64,000 bases of DNA from Vulcanimicrobiota bacterium (lineage in GTDB: Bacteria > Vulcanimicrobiota > Vulcanimicrobiia > Vulcanimicrobiales > Vulcanimicrobiaceae): assembly GCA_963812155.1 (NCBI GenBank), contig CAWETW010000003.1, positions 576,001 to 640,000 on the forward strand. The letters are read 5' to 3'. The position numbers were made by a program, and so were the translations under genes. Shown here one piece after another: positions 38,315-48,559 of the stretch. Each line of letters opens with the position of its first letter. Position 1 is the first letter of the stretch. Under the pieces are notes generated by a model. The model was not told where the DNA came from and ran no database searches. It worked only from the letters and a program-made list of their open reading frames with translations.

Positions 38315-39129
38315 CGCCGCGCTATGCCGGCAAGACCGTCGTCGTGACCGGTGGCGGCACCGGTTTGGGACGCGCGATGGCCGAGGCGTTTGCGGCCGAC
38401 GGCGCCTTCGTCGCGGTGATCGGACGCCGCAGCGAGAAGCTCGCGGAGACCGTTGCCGCCATCGAGGCGGCCGGCGGCACCGCGTTGGGATTGCCGGGCG
38501 ACGTGCGCGACGCCGCGCGCATGGAAGTGGCGATGCGCGAAGCCGCCGCGCGCACGGGACGCATCGACGTGCTGATCAACAATGCCGCCGGCAACTTCGT
38601 CTGTCCGTCCGAAGAACTCTCGCCCAACGGCTTCAAGAGCGTCGTCGACATCGTGCTGCTCGGCACGTTTTTCTGCACGCGTTTTGCGTTCGAGGCGTTG
38701 CGTGCGGCCGAGGGTGCGATCGTCAACATCGTGGCGGCCTATGCCTGGAGCGGCGAACCCGGCGCCGTCCATTCCGCCAGCGCAAAAGCCGGGGTGCTCG
38801 CGATGACCCGCACGCTCGCGGCGGAATGGGGGCGTTTCGGTATCCGCGCGAATGCGGTCGCACCCGGCCCGATTCACACCGAAGGCACCGACGCCAATCT
38901 CTGGAGCGTGGCCGACGTGGAAGAGCGCGTTCGAGCGAGCGTGCCGCTGGGGCGGCTCGGCGAGCCCGGTGACGTCGCTCGAGCCGTGCTCTGGCTCTGT
39001 TCGGAGGAAGCGCGGTGGATCAGCGGAGCGACGCTTTCGGTCGACGGCGCGCAGTGGCTGCACGGCGGCACGCTCGATTTTCGCCGGGCGTACGACGCGA
39101 TGAAAGCCGCCGCGCCGCGACGGGGATAG
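38311..39129 (+). CDS. SDR oxidoreductase, 2,4-dienoyl-CoA reductase-like
   Basis: TGGGTGLG, NNAAGNF, LSPNGF, HSASAKAG. Confidence 0.88.
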   Translation: MTPRYAGKTVVVTGGGTGLGRAMAEAFAADGAFVAVIGRRSEKLAETVAAIEAAGGTALGLPGDVRDAARMEVAMREAAARTGRIDVLINNAAGNFVCPSEELSPNGFKSVVDIVLLGTFFCTRFAFEALRAAEGAIVNIVAAYAWSGEPGAVHSASAKAGVLAMTRTLAAEWGRFGIRANAVAPGPIHTEGTDANLWSVADVEERVRASVPLGRLGEPGDVARAVLWLCSEEARWISGATLSVDGAQWLHGGTLDFRRAYDAMKAAAPRRG

Positions 39130-39159
39130 AGGCCACCCTTTCCTGAATCCCGCCACGAG

Positions 39160-39609
39160 ATGACGATCGATTACGGTCACGCCCCGCGCGCGTGGGAGAA
39201 GGAGCGGGGAAACTTCGTCCTGCTGCTGGACCTGCAGCTCGAGAGCGTCGAGCGCGGAAAAGCGGTCATGCGCATGCCGTTCCGACAAGAAATCACGAAC
39301 TCGACCGGCGCGGTGCACGGCGGCGCCATCGTCAGCCTGTGCGATACGGTGTTCTACGTGGCGCTCGCGTCGATCTTCGGACGCGAACAAGACACGACGA
39401 CGGTCGCGCTGCAGTGCAACTTTCTCAGCCCCGCAAAGCCGCCGCACGATCTGATCGCCGAAGCACGCGTGCTCAAGGCCGGGCGGCGCGTCGTCTACGG
39501 TGAAGTCTACGTGCGCAGCGGCGAAAAGATCGTCGCGCACGCCACGTTGAATTTCCTCAACAGTTATCCGCACGAGAAACCGGCGCGCGGAGGTGCTCCG
39601 GCGACGTGA
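39160..39609 (+). CDS. PaaI family thioesterase
   Basis: NSTGAVHGGAIVSLCD. Confidence 0.9.
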   Translation: MTIDYGHAPRAWEKERGNFVLLLDLQLESVERGKAVMRMPFRQEITNSTGAVHGGAIVSLCDTVFYVALASIFGREQDTTTVALQCNFLSPAKPPHDLIAEARVLKAGRRVVYGEVYVRSGEKIVAHATLNFLNSYPHEKPARGGAPAT

Positions 39610-40709
39610 GCGTGGAAACCTTGCGCCGTACGGCGCTCTACGGCGAGCACGCCCGCTTGGGCGGCCGGCTCGTGCCGTTTGCCGGTTTCGAGATGCCGGT
39701 GCAGTACGCAGGCATTCTGCAAGAGCACGACGCGGTTCGTCACCGCGCCGGACTCTTCGATCTTTCGCACATGGGACAGTTCGTGCTCGCCGGCGACGGC
39801 GTCGCCGACTGGGCAGACACGCTGGCCATCAACGCGGTCGCCACCATGAAGCCGATGCAAGCCCGCTACAATATCTTTTGCAACGAGCAGGGCGGAACGC
39901 ACGACGACACGATCTTCTACCGGCTGAACGGGCGCTGGCTGCTGGTCGTCAACGCTTCCAATGCGGACAAGATGTGGTCGCATCTCAACGCGCATCTTCC
40001 GGCGGGCGGCGTCGCGCTGGCGAATCATCACGGGGAACGCGCGCTGATCGCCATCCAGGGTCCGAAGTCGGCCGCGATGCTGCAACCGCACGTGAACGCC
40101 GACGTGAGCGCGATGAAGTATTACTTCTGCATCGAGGCCGAAGTCGACGGAGTGCCGGCGGTGATCGCGCGCACCGGCTATACCGGCGAAGACGGCTACG
40201 AACTCTTCATCGACAACGACAGCGCGCCCGCGATTTGGAACGCGCTGCTTGACCGTCACGCCGGTGAAGGGCTGCAACCGTGCGGTTTGGGCGCGCGCGA
40301 CGTGCTGCGCTTGGAAGCCGGCATGCCGTTATACGGTCACGAGCTGACCGAGGAGATTACGCCCGTGCAAGCCGGACAGTCGTGGGCGCTCAAGATGACC
40401 AAGCCGCGCTTCATCGGCCGCGAAGCGCTCGGCGAGCAGGCGGCTCGCGGCGACTATTCTCGCATTGCCGGGTTGGTGATGGAAGGGCGCGCTCCGGCGC
40501 GCGAAGGCTACGCAGTGTGGCACGAAGGGCGCAGAGCCGGCGAGGTTCGCAGCGGTTCGTTCGCGCCGTCGGCCGGAAATAAGAACATCGCGACCGCGCT
40601 GCTGGTTCCGCAAGCCGCAACCCCCGGTACGGCGGTCGAGGTCGAGATTCGCGGTGCCCGCCACGCGGCACGCGTCGTTTCGCTCCCTTTTTACAAACGC
40701 AACACCTGA
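39606..40709 (+). CDS. gcvT: Glycine cleavage T protein
   Basis: [40 protein letters not shown]. Confidence 0.97.
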   Translation: MSVETLRRTALYGEHARLGGRLVPFAGFEMPVQYAGILQEHDAVRHRAGLFDLSHMGQFVLAGDGVADWADTLAINAVATMKPMQARYNIFCNEQGGTHDDTIFYRLNGRWLLVVNASNADKMWSHLNAHLPAGGVALANHHGERALIAIQGPKSAAMLQPHVNADVSAMKYYFCIEAEVDGVPAVIARTGYTGEDGYELFIDNDSAPAIWNALLDRHAGEGLQPCGLGARDVLRLEAGMPLYGHELTEEITPVQAGQSWALKMTKPRFIGREALGEQAARGDYSRIAGLVMEGRAPAREGYAVWHEGRRAGEVRSGSFAPSAGNKNIATALLVPQAATPGTAVEVEIRGARHAARVVSLPFYKRNT

Positions 40710-40726
40710 CCCTCAACGGAGAAAAG

Positions 40727-41110
40727 ATGGCCCAGCCCGAGAACCTGCTCTACAGCAAAGAACACGAATGGCTGAAGATCGACGGCGACGTCGCGACGAT
40801 CGGCGTTACGGATTACGCGCAGGATTCGCTGGGCGATATCGTTTACGTCGAACTGCCCAAAATCGGCAGTTCGGTCGCGCAGTTCGGAAACGCCGGCGTC
40901 ATCGAGTCGGTGAAGGCCGTTTCCGATCTGTACTCGCCGATCTCCGGTGAAGTCGTCGAAGTTAACGCCGCGCTCGAGAGCGATCCGGCGGCGGTGAACA
41001 AAGCGCCTTACGACGACGGCTGGCTGTTCAAAGTGCGCCTCTCCGATGCGGGCGAAACCGCGAACCTGCTCGGTGCGGCCGAGTATGCGGCGCTCGCGGC
41101 TTCGTCGTAG
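40727..41110 (+). CDS. gcvH: Glycine cleavage H protein
   Basis: HEW, DYAQDSLGDIVYVELP, ESVKAVSD. Confidence 0.97.
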   Translation: MAQPENLLYSKEHEWLKIDGDVATIGVTDYAQDSLGDIVYVELPKIGSSVAQFGNAGVIESVKAVSDLYSPISGEVVEVNAALESDPAAVNKAPYDDGWLFKVRLSDAGETANLLGAAEYAALAASS

Positions 41111-41122
41111 AGGTTCTTTAGC

Positions 41123-42481
41123 GTGTACGCACCCCATACCGCGCGCGACGTCGCGCAGATGCTCGACGCGGTCGGCGTGGCATCGCTCGACGCCCTGTTG
41201 CCGGTTCCCGACGAGCTGGCGCTGCGGGCCGAACTCGACGTCGTGCCGGCGCTTCCGGAACTCGGCATCGTGCGCCGCTTCGACGAACTTGCCAAGAAAA
41301 ATTCCGGCGCGCACTACCGCTCGTTCTTAGGGGCGGGCGCATATCGCCACTACGCGCCGCCGGCGATCGCGGCGCTGGCAATGCGCGGCGAATTCCTCAC
41401 CGCCTATACGCCGTACCAGGCGGAAGTCTCGCAAGGGTACCTTCAGGCAATCTACGAGTGGCAGACGTATATCTGTTTGCTCACCGGCATGGACGTTGCA
41501 AACGCCTCGGTGTACGACGGGGCCACCGCCTTGGCTGAAGCGGCAATCATGGCGCTCAACGCGACCGGCCGGCACAAGATTCTCGTGTCGCGCGCTGTGC
41601 ATCCCAATTACCGCGCGGTTCTGAAAACGTATTGCGACGGGCTCGACGTCGCAATCGACGAGATTGCGTACACCGGCGAGGGCGTTACCGACACCGCTGC
41701 GGCTGTCGAAGCCGCGGCCGGAAAAGAGTACGCTGCCGTCGTGCTGCAGTCGCCGAACTTCTTCGGGAACGTCGACACGCTGCCGGCGTCCGCGTCCGAT
41801 GCGTTGCGCGACGGCGAGACCATCGCGATCGCGGTCGTCGCCGAGGCGCTCTCGATGGCGGCGCTGGCGACACCGGCATCGTGGGGCGCGCAGATCGTGG
41901 CCGGCGAAGCGCAGAGTTTCGGCGTCCCCGTCGCATACGGCGGCCCGTACGCCGGGTTCATTGCAGCGACCCAGGAGCACATGCGGCGCATCCCCGGACG
42001 CCTCGTGGGCAAGAGCGTCGACAACGCCGGCCGCACGGCTTACGTGCTCACGCTGCAGGCGCGCGAGCAGCACATCCGCCGCGAACGCGCCACCTCGAAC
42101 ATTTGTACCAATCAGGCGCATTGTGCGCTGATCGCCACGATCTATCTCGCACTCATGGGCAAAACCGGGTTGCGCGACGCGGCGGCGCTGAACGTCGAAC
42201 GTTCGCGCGAACTCGCCACCGCCGTCTCGAGCATCGAAGGCATCGACTTGAAGTTCGTCGCGCCGTTCTTCAACGAGTTCGTTGCCGACGTCCACCGGCC
42301 GGCCGGCGACGTGCTGGCGGCGTTGCGGGACCGCGGAATTCTGGGCGGATTGGATTTGGGGCGCTACTATCCCGAACTCGCGACATGCGTCCTGATGACG
42401 GCGACCGAACTCACGACCGGCGCCGACATCTCGGCCCTGTCCGATGCGTTGCGCGAGGTGTGCGATGTCGCTCGAGTCTGA
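41123..42481 (+). CDS. gcvPA: Glycine dehydrogenase subunit 1
   Basis: FLTAYTPYQAEVSQG, ANASVYDG, REQHIRRERATSNICTNQ. Confidence 0.97.
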   Translation: MYAPHTARDVAQMLDAVGVASLDALLPVPDELALRAELDVVPALPELGIVRRFDELAKKNSGAHYRSFLGAGAYRHYAPPAIAALAMRGEFLTAYTPYQAEVSQGYLQAIYEWQTYICLLTGMDVANASVYDGATALAEAAIMALNATGRHKILVSRAVHPNYRAVLKTYCDGLDVAIDEIAYTGEGVTDTAAAVEAAAGKEYAAVVLQSPNFFGNVDTLPASASDALRDGETIAIAVVAEALSMAALATPASWGAQIVAGEAQSFGVPVAYGGPYAGFIAATQEHMRRIPGRLVGKSVDNAGRTAYVLTLQAREQHIRRERATSNICTNQAHCALIATIYLALMGKTGLRDAAALNVERSRELATAVSSIEGIDLKFVAPFFNEFVADVHRPAGDVLAALRDRGILGGLDLGRYYPELATCVLMTATELTTGADISALSDALREVCDVARV

Positions 42482-43967
42482 CCGCACGTTCACGCCGACG
42501 ATCTTCGATCTCGGTCAAGACGGCCGCGCCAACCGCTACTTGGACTCGGGCAAACCGCTCGATTTGTTCGTGCCCGCGGCCGATTTGCGCGACGAACTGC
42601 CGCTGCCCGACAACAGCGAACTCGACGTGGTTCGCCACTATACGCGGCTATCGCAACGCACGTTCGGCATCGATCTCGGATTCTATCCGCTCGGATCGTG
42701 CACGATGAAATATAATCCGCGCGTCAACGACGCGATGGCGTCGAAGCCCGGGTTTGCAGATTTGCATCCGTACGTTCCCGACGAGCTGGCGCAAGGCGCC
42801 CTGCAGGTGATGTACGAGCTCGAGCGGTCCTTGAGTTCGCTGTTCGGCATGGCCGCATTCTCGCTCAACCCTTCAGCCGGCGCGCACGCCGAACTCGGCG
42901 CACTGCTGATCGCCAAGCGCTACTTCCGCGACCGCGGCGAAACCGCGCGAGACAAAGTGATCGTTCCCGACACCGCACATGGGACGAATCCGGCGTCCGC
43001 GGCGATGTGCGGATTCAAGGTCATCTCGCTGCCCAGCGACGAGCGGGGCCGCGTGAGCCTCGAGGAATTGCGCAAAGCGATCGGCCCGGATACGGCCGTC
43101 TGCATGATGACCAATCCGAATACGCTCGGATTGTTCGAAGACCAAATCGCCGGCATCACGGCGGCGGTGCACGCCGCCGGCGGCCTCATGTATTACGACG
43201 GCGCCAACGCCAACGCGCTGATGGGCAACACGCGTCCGGGCGACATGGGCTTCGATCTCATGCATCTCAACACGCACAAGACGTTTACTATTCCGCACGG
43301 GGGCGGGGGTGCGGGCCACGGGCCTCTCGGCGTCGCGGCGCATCTGGTCGAATACTTACCGGTGCCCGTCGTCGTAGCCGAGCCGAAATCCGACGGCGGC
43401 GGCTGGTCGCCCAGCGACCGGCTGTCGTATCGTCTCGAGTTCGACCGTCCGAAATCGATCGGACCGATGCGGTCCTTTTGGTCGAACTTCGCGCACGCGG
43501 TGCGCGCGCTCGCCTACCTCTATGCTAACGGTGAAGAGGGCTTACGGCGCGTTTCGCAGCTGGCCGTTCTCAACGCCAACTACCTGCGCGTAAAAATCGC
43601 CGAGTTCTTGGAAACGCCGTATCCCGAACTCTGCCGTCACGAGTTCGTCGTCTCGGCGCAAGGCTTAAAACGCGAAACCGGCGTTCGCGCGCTCGACATT
43701 GCCAAAGCGCTGCTCGACCGCGGCTTCATGGCGCCGACGATGTATTTCCCGCTCATCGTTCCCGAGTGCCTCATGATCGAGCCGACGGAAACTGAGTCGA
43801 AGGAGACGCTCGACGCGTTCGTCGAGGCGTTACGCCAGATCGTGGCGACCGCCAAATCGGACCCCGAATCGCTGTTGGCGGCGCCGGTCACGACCGTCGT
43901 GGGACGCGTCGACGAAACGCGGGCGGCGCGGCAGCCGGACCTGCGGTGGAAACCCTCACCGAACTAA
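42465..43967 (+). CDS. gcvPB: Glycine dehydrogenase subunit 2
   Basis: YPLGSCTMKYNP, HLNTHKTF, PHGGGG, IEPTETE. Confidence 0.97.
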   Translation: MSLESDRTFTPTIFDLGQDGRANRYLDSGKPLDLFVPAADLRDELPLPDNSELDVVRHYTRLSQRTFGIDLGFYPLGSCTMKYNPRVNDAMASKPGFADLHPYVPDELAQGALQVMYELERSLSSLFGMAAFSLNPSAGAHAELGALLIAKRYFRDRGETARDKVIVPDTAHGTNPASAAMCGFKVISLPSDERGRVSLEELRKAIGPDTAVCMMTNPNTLGLFEDQIAGITAAVHAAGGLMYYDGANANALMGNTRPGDMGFDLMHLNTHKTFTIPHGGGGAGHGPLGVAAHLVEYLPVPVVVAEPKSDGGGWSPSDRLSYRLEFDRPKSIGPMRSFWSNFAHAVRALAYLYANGEEGLRRVSQLAVLNANYLRVKIAEFLETPYPELCRHEFVVSAQGLKRETGVRALDIAKALLDRGFMAPTMYFPLIVPECLMIEPTETESKETLDAFVEALRQIVATAKSDPESLLAAPVTTVVGRVDETRAARQPDLRWKPSPN

Positions 43968-44644
43968 AGTCACTCGCGAAATTTTACGGGCCGCTTCGCG
44001 CGAGCGGTGAGCCGCGCGACCCCTTTGGATTGGTCGTGTGGGAAAACGTTGCGTATCTCGTCGACGACGCGCACCGGCGCGTCGCGTTCGAAGCGCTCCG
44101 GTGCGGAATCGGCATCGAACCACAAGCGCTGCTCGAGGCGGGAGCGAGCGCGATCGAGTACCTGATCGCCGGTGGCGGAATGCTGCCTCGGCGACGCGCG
44201 GAAAAGGTGCTGCGCTGCGCGCAGATCGTGGTTGACGAGGCTGCTGGAGATTTGCGCGCGGCGTTGCAGGATCTCGCGCCCAAGCGTGCGCGCGCGCTGC
44301 TCAAACGCTTTCCCGGCATCGGCGACCCAGGTGCCGATAAAATCATGTTGCTCTCCGGACTGAGCGACGCGCCCGCGTTGGATTCAAACGGCGTCCGCGT
44401 CATCGAACGCTTGCGCGGATTCCCAGCGTCCTCGTCATACGCGCGCTCGTACCGGAGCGCAATCGAATCACTGATCGAGGACGGCGTTCGCACGGCCGAC
44501 GGCGCGCGCGAGGCGTTCCAACGCTTCCGCCAGCACGGCCGGACGCTCTGTAAGCGAACGAGCCCTAAGTGCGCGGAGTGCCCGCTTCGCAGGTCTTGCG
44601 CGTTCGGCAATAAGCGCCGGAGGAGTCCGGTCCCCAGCCTCTAA
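43946..44644 (+). CDS. HhH-GPD DNA glycosylase (endonuclease III-like) with Fe-S motif
   Basis: FPGIG, PALDSN, CKRTSPKCAECPLRRSC. Confidence 0.82.
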   Translation: METLTELKSLAKFYGPLRASGEPRDPFGLVVWENVAYLVDDAHRRVAFEALRCGIGIEPQALLEAGASAIEYLIAGGGMLPRRRAEKVLRCAQIVVDEAAGDLRAALQDLAPKRARALLKRFPGIGDPGADKIMLLSGLSDAPALDSNGVRVIERLRGFPASSSYARSYRSAIESLIEDGVRTADGAREAFQRFRQHGRTLCKRTSPKCAECPLRRSCAFGNKRRRSPVPSL

Positions 44645-44673
44645 CCAAAAAGTAACTCAAGTTACTTTTTGGT
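44644..44673. promoter_or_regulatory. Perfect AT-rich palindrome (operator or bidirectional terminator)
   Basis: ACCAAAAAGTAAC-TCAA-GTTACTTTTTGGT. Confidence 0.65.
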
Positions 44674-44680
44674 GGTACGC

Positions 44681-45228
44681 TTGCTTCACGAGATCATATC
44701 CGAGTTGCGCCGGGTTCCGCCGCTCGCGCGGGGGGACGAGGAGATGGTGGCTTTGCTCGGCGCGGCGCGCGCGGGGGCGTCCCGCCGGCGCTCCCCGCGC
44801 GCCTTCACTCGTACACCCGGACGCGCGCTTACGGCGACGACCGCTTCGAGGTGCTTCTCTTGAATTGGTCGCCGGGAGCGGCCTCGGAGATCCACGACCA
44901 CGGCGGCCAGCGCTGCTGGTTCGTCGTCCTCGACGGAACGGTGCGTGTGAAGGATTACGCGCGTGTCGGCGGAGGGGACGAGGCGACGCACGCGGCGCTC
45001 GAACGGCGCGGTTCTCTCACACTAGGGCGTGGAGATCTCGACGTGCGAGCCGGGCGTTTCGACATTCATCGCGTGGCGGCGACGTCGCCCGCCCTGACGC
45101 TGCACGTGTACGCACACCCGCTCTTGGAGTTCGGCATCTACGACTACGACGCGCAGCGCCGTCGCGCCGTGCGCGCGCGATACGATGCGGACATCTCCGC
45201 GACGCTCGCCGGAGGTGTGTCGCGGTGA
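44681..45228 (+). CDS. Cysteine dioxygenase family cupin, frameshifted near 44775
   Basis: SYTRT...EVLLLNWSPGAASEIHDH..RCW...IHRV...LHVY; N-terminal frame joins at the G run 44773-44777. Confidence 0.8.
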
Positions 45229-46574
45229 TTCGATGCGACGTCGCCATCGTGGGAGGCGGCTTCAGCGGTGCGATGGTCGCCGCGCATCTCGCGCGCAACG
45301 GCGGTTCCAACGTCGGCGTCCGCCTGTTCGAGGCGGGCGAAGACGAGATCGGGCGAGGCGCCGCTTACGGCACGCCGCATCCGCAGCACTTGTTGAACAC
45401 GCGTGCGTCGGCGATGTCCGCATATCCCGGCGCGCCGGACCATTTCGTGCGCTGGCTCGGCTCAAACGCTTCGCCGGACGCGTTTCTTTCGCGTCGCCGC
45501 TTCGGCGACTACGTCGCCGAAATTGCGCGAAACGCATTCGCACTGCCGACCTTCACGACCGTGCGCGATCTCGTCGTGTCGGTCGCGCGGGACGGCGATC
45601 TTTACGTCGTTACCACGGCTTGCGGAGCGCGTTTTTCAGCGCGCGCGGTCGTATTGGCGACCGGCAACGCGCTTCCGAACGACGATTTTCTGCCGGCCGA
45701 ACTGACCGGATACGGACGCTACGTCGGCGATCCATGGCGTTTCGACTATTCCCGCGTGCGAGGCGACGTGCTGGTCATCGGCAGCGGCTTGACGGCGATC
45801 GACGCGCTCGTCGCAATGGACAGCGGCGGTCATCGCGGCATGATACACATCGTGTCGCGGCACGCTCGCTTTCCCGAAACCCATGCCGAACGGCTCGAAC
45901 GGTACGAGGTCGTGCCGGTGCTCGATGCCGGCGACGCCCGTTCGCTGGTCCGCAGCTTTCGGCGCCAAATCGCGGAGGCCGGGCGGCGGGGCTACGACTG
46001 GCGCGCGGTCGTGGATGCCATCAGACCGGAAGCCGAGACGATCTGGAGACGGTTGAGCGCGGTCGAACAATGCCGGTTCGACCGGCATCTGCGCGCGGCT
46101 TGGGAACGCCATCGCCACCGCGTACCTTTGGAGGTTGATGCGACCCGTCGCCGCTATCTCCGAAGCGGCCGTCTCGTCGTGCACGCCGGCCGGGTCGCCG
46201 GATTTCGCTCGAGCACGGTATTCGTCGAGGCGCGAGACGGCAGCGTGCTGCGGCTGCGCCCCGAGTGGATTCTCAACTGCACCGGGACCGGTCGTCGCAG
46301 GCGAATTTTCGGGGATCCGCTCATTGCCGGACTGGTCCGCGACGGGCTTGCGCTCCCCGACCCGCTCGGCTTAGGCATTCGCGTCGATCCCGACGATGCC
46401 GTCGTCACCGCCGGCCGCTCCGAGCCCAAAACCATGTGGGTCGTCGGTCCCCTCGCGAGGGGTTCGCGTTTCGAATCGACCGCCGTCCCCGAGTTGCGCA
46501 CCGCGGCCGAGAGCGTTGCACGGCGTGCGCTCGACGCAATAGCAAGCGAGCGCTGGGCGGTCGCCCGGGCCTAA
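45225..46574 (+). CDS. FAD/NAD(P)-binding oxidoreductase
   Basis: GGGFSG, GRGAAYGT..HLLN, LATGN, GSGLTAID, NCTG, ESTAVPEL. Confidence 0.88.
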   Translation: MIRCDVAIVGGGFSGAMVAAHLARNGGSNVGVRLFEAGEDEIGRGAAYGTPHPQHLLNTRASAMSAYPGAPDHFVRWLGSNASPDAFLSRRRFGDYVAEIARNAFALPTFTTVRDLVVSVARDGDLYVVTTACGARFSARAVVLATGNALPNDDFLPAELTGYGRYVGDPWRFDYSRVRGDVLVIGSGLTAIDALVAMDSGGHRGMIHIVSRHARFPETHAERLERYEVVPVLDAGDARSLVRSFRRQIAEAGRRGYDWRAVVDAIRPEAETIWRRLSAVEQCRFDRHLRAAWERHRHRVPLEVDATRRRYLRSGRLVVHAGRVAGFRSSTVFVEARDGSVLRLRPEWILNCTGTGRRRRIFGDPLIAGLVRDGLALPDPLGLGIRVDPDDAVVTAGRSEPKTMWVVGPLARGSRFESTAVPELRTAAESVARRALDAIASERWAVARA

Positions 46575-46629
46575 AATGGCCGTGAGACCCGGCAGGCTCT
46601 TCTTGGGCGCGGGGGCTATAATGGAGCTA

Positions 46630-47184
46630 ATGAGGGGGCTGCGAACAGGCCCCCTTCCCCGTCCCCAACGAGGCGTTTCGAGCGACATGCGGATCAAGTA
46701 CGAAGTATCGGCCGGTGGGTTACTATTGCGCCCGACCGGCGCGACGTACGAGGCGTTGTTGATCGGGCGCGGCACGCCGCCGCGTATTTGGACGTTGCCC
46801 AAAGGACACGTCGAAGCGCGCGAATCGAACGAGCAAGCAGCGTTGCGCGAAGTACGTGAGGAGACGGGCTGCTGGGGCGAGATCGTCACGCGCCTCAACG
46901 AGATTTCGTACTGGTTTTACGTCGGGAAGACCAAGCACCGCAAGGCGGTGACCTTCTACCTCATGCGTTATCTCTCGGGCGATCCGGCGCAGCACGACCA
47001 TGAGGTCGACGACGCGCGCTGGTTCGACATGCTTGCGGCCCGCAAGACGCTGAAATACGTCAACGAGAAGCGTTTGGTCGATCTGGCGCTCGAGTTTCTC
47101 GCCGCCAATCCCGCCGCGTTCGGTGACGTGCCGCTGGTCGGTGAGGTGCCGCTGGTCGCGCGGACGTCCCTGCAATCGTCTTGA
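46630..47184 (+). CDS. NUDIX hydrolase
   Basis: LPKGHVEARESNEQAALREVREETG; TATAAT 7 nt before ATG 46630. Confidence 0.9.
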   Translation: MRGLRTGPLPRPQRGVSSDMRIKYEVSAGGLLLRPTGATYEALLIGRGTPPRIWTLPKGHVEARESNEQAALREVREETGCWGEIVTRLNEISYWFYVGKTKHRKAVTFYLMRYLSGDPAQHDHEVDDARWFDMLAARKTLKYVNEKRLVDLALEFLAANPAAFGDVPLVGEVPLVARTSLQSS

Positions 47185-47945
47185 ACGATCTCGCCGAGGC
47201 GACGTCCGACCAAGCATGCCGCGTGCGGCTCGACGTCTTCGACGGACCGCTCGATCTTCTGCTCAGCCTGATCAAAGAACGCCAGCTCGACGTCGCCACC
47301 GTGCCGCTGGCCATCGTGGCCGAGCAGTACCTTGCGTACGTGCGCGCGATGCAGGAACTCGATGTCGAAGTCGCAGCCGAGTATTTGGTGATTGCGGCAA
47401 CGCTCGTGTTTCTGAAATCGCGCGCGCTTCTGCCGCCGATTCCGCAAGAGTTCGCCGGCGACGAGGCCGAGACGCCCGAAGAAGTCGAGGAGCGGTTGCG
47501 CCGGCGCCTGATCGCATACTCGAAGTATCGAGAGTTGGGGGAGCGCTTGCGCGCGTTCGCTCTCGAAGCGTCGGGCTATTTTTATCGCGAGGCGGGCGAT
47601 CCGGCTAGCCAGGTCGTTCAGCGCTACCATATCGATCCGGAGAAACTCAAGCACGCGTTCGTTTCGATGCTCGCGCAGGCGCGGCCCGAGAAGCGCTCGA
47701 TCGTGCGGGAGCGCGTTTCGCTGATCGCGTCCATGGATTACATCGTACGCCGGCTGAAGGAGGCCGGTGAGGTGACGTTTTCGGCGCTCTGTCACGAACT
47801 GGGGATGACGCGCGAAGTCGTGATCGTGACGTTCCTCGCGCTGCTGGAGCTGGTACGCCGCCATCGCGTCGCGTTGGAACAGCCGGAACTCTTCGACGAC
47901 ATTCGCATTCTGCCGATGGTGCGTCAACAGGCCGCCGGCGCGTGA
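47181..47945 (+). CDS. scpA: Segregation/condensation protein A
   Basis: FDGPLDLLL, AATLVFLKSRALLP, FLALLEL. Confidence 0.95.
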   Translation: MNDLAEATSDQACRVRLDVFDGPLDLLLSLIKERQLDVATVPLAIVAEQYLAYVRAMQELDVEVAAEYLVIAATLVFLKSRALLPPIPQEFAGDEAETPEEVEERLRRRLIAYSKYRELGERLRAFALEASGYFYREAGDPASQVVQRYHIDPEKLKHAFVSMLAQARPEKRSIVRERVSLIASMDYIVRRLKEAGEVTFSALCHELGMTREVVIVTFLALLELVRRHRVALEQPELFDDIRILPMVRQQAAGA

Positions 47946-48559
47946 GCGAAGACGCCATCGCCGAAAACGAAGCCGCAGCCGCCGCGGTGGAGGAGGCGGT
48001 GCTGCGATTGACGCGTCCGATCGAAGCGCTGCTCTTCGTTGCGGGCGAGCCGCTTTCGATCAAGCAGATGGCGAAATTAACGCGCGCGAGCGAGGTAGAA
48101 GTCGCCGCGACGCTGGCCCGCGTGACCGCCGACTACGCCGAGCGCGGCATCGTCGTGCGAGAGGCGGGCGGCGGGTACCGCTTCGCGACGTCGCCGCTCG
48201 CGCGCGATGCCGTAGAAGCCTACGTGCTGCCGCCGAAAACCACGCTCTCGATGCCCGCGCTGGAAGCCCTTGCGATCGTCGCGCACATGCAGCCGGTCAC
48301 CAAGAGCGAAATCGAAGCGGTTCGCGGCGTGAACTCGGATAGCGTCGTCAGCACGCTGCTCGACCGCGGGCTGATCGGCGAAGCCGGCCGCAAAGACGTG
48401 GTCGGACGGCCGATGCAATATCGGACGACGCCGTTCTTTCTGGAGTCGTTCGGTCTGCGGTCGCTCGACGATCTTCCCGAGGTCGAACTGGAAGCGGGGC
48501 AGCCGCTCGAACTCACGCTGCTGGGAACCTCTGAAGAAGTCCATGCACCGATCGTTTGA
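47942..48559 (+). CDS. scpB: Segregation/condensation protein B
   Basis: IEALLF, ALEALAIVA..QPVT, IRGV-like VRGV, GRP..Y.TT..FL..FGL. Confidence 0.95.
   Translation: MSEDAIAENEAAAAAVEEAVLRLTRPIEALLFVAGEPLSIKQMAKLTRASEVEVAATLARVTADYAERGIVVREAGGGYRFATSPLARDAVEAYVLPPKTTLSMPALEALAIVAHMQPVTKSEIEAVRGVNSDSVVSTLLDRGLIGEAGRKDVVGRPMQYRTTPFFLESFGLRSLDDLPEVELEAGQPLELTLLGTSEEVHAPIV

Noticed and set aside
39560..39606. Glycine riboswitch before gcvT
   Set aside because: gcvT overlaps the PaaI stop codon, leaving no leader, and no aptamer motif was seen.
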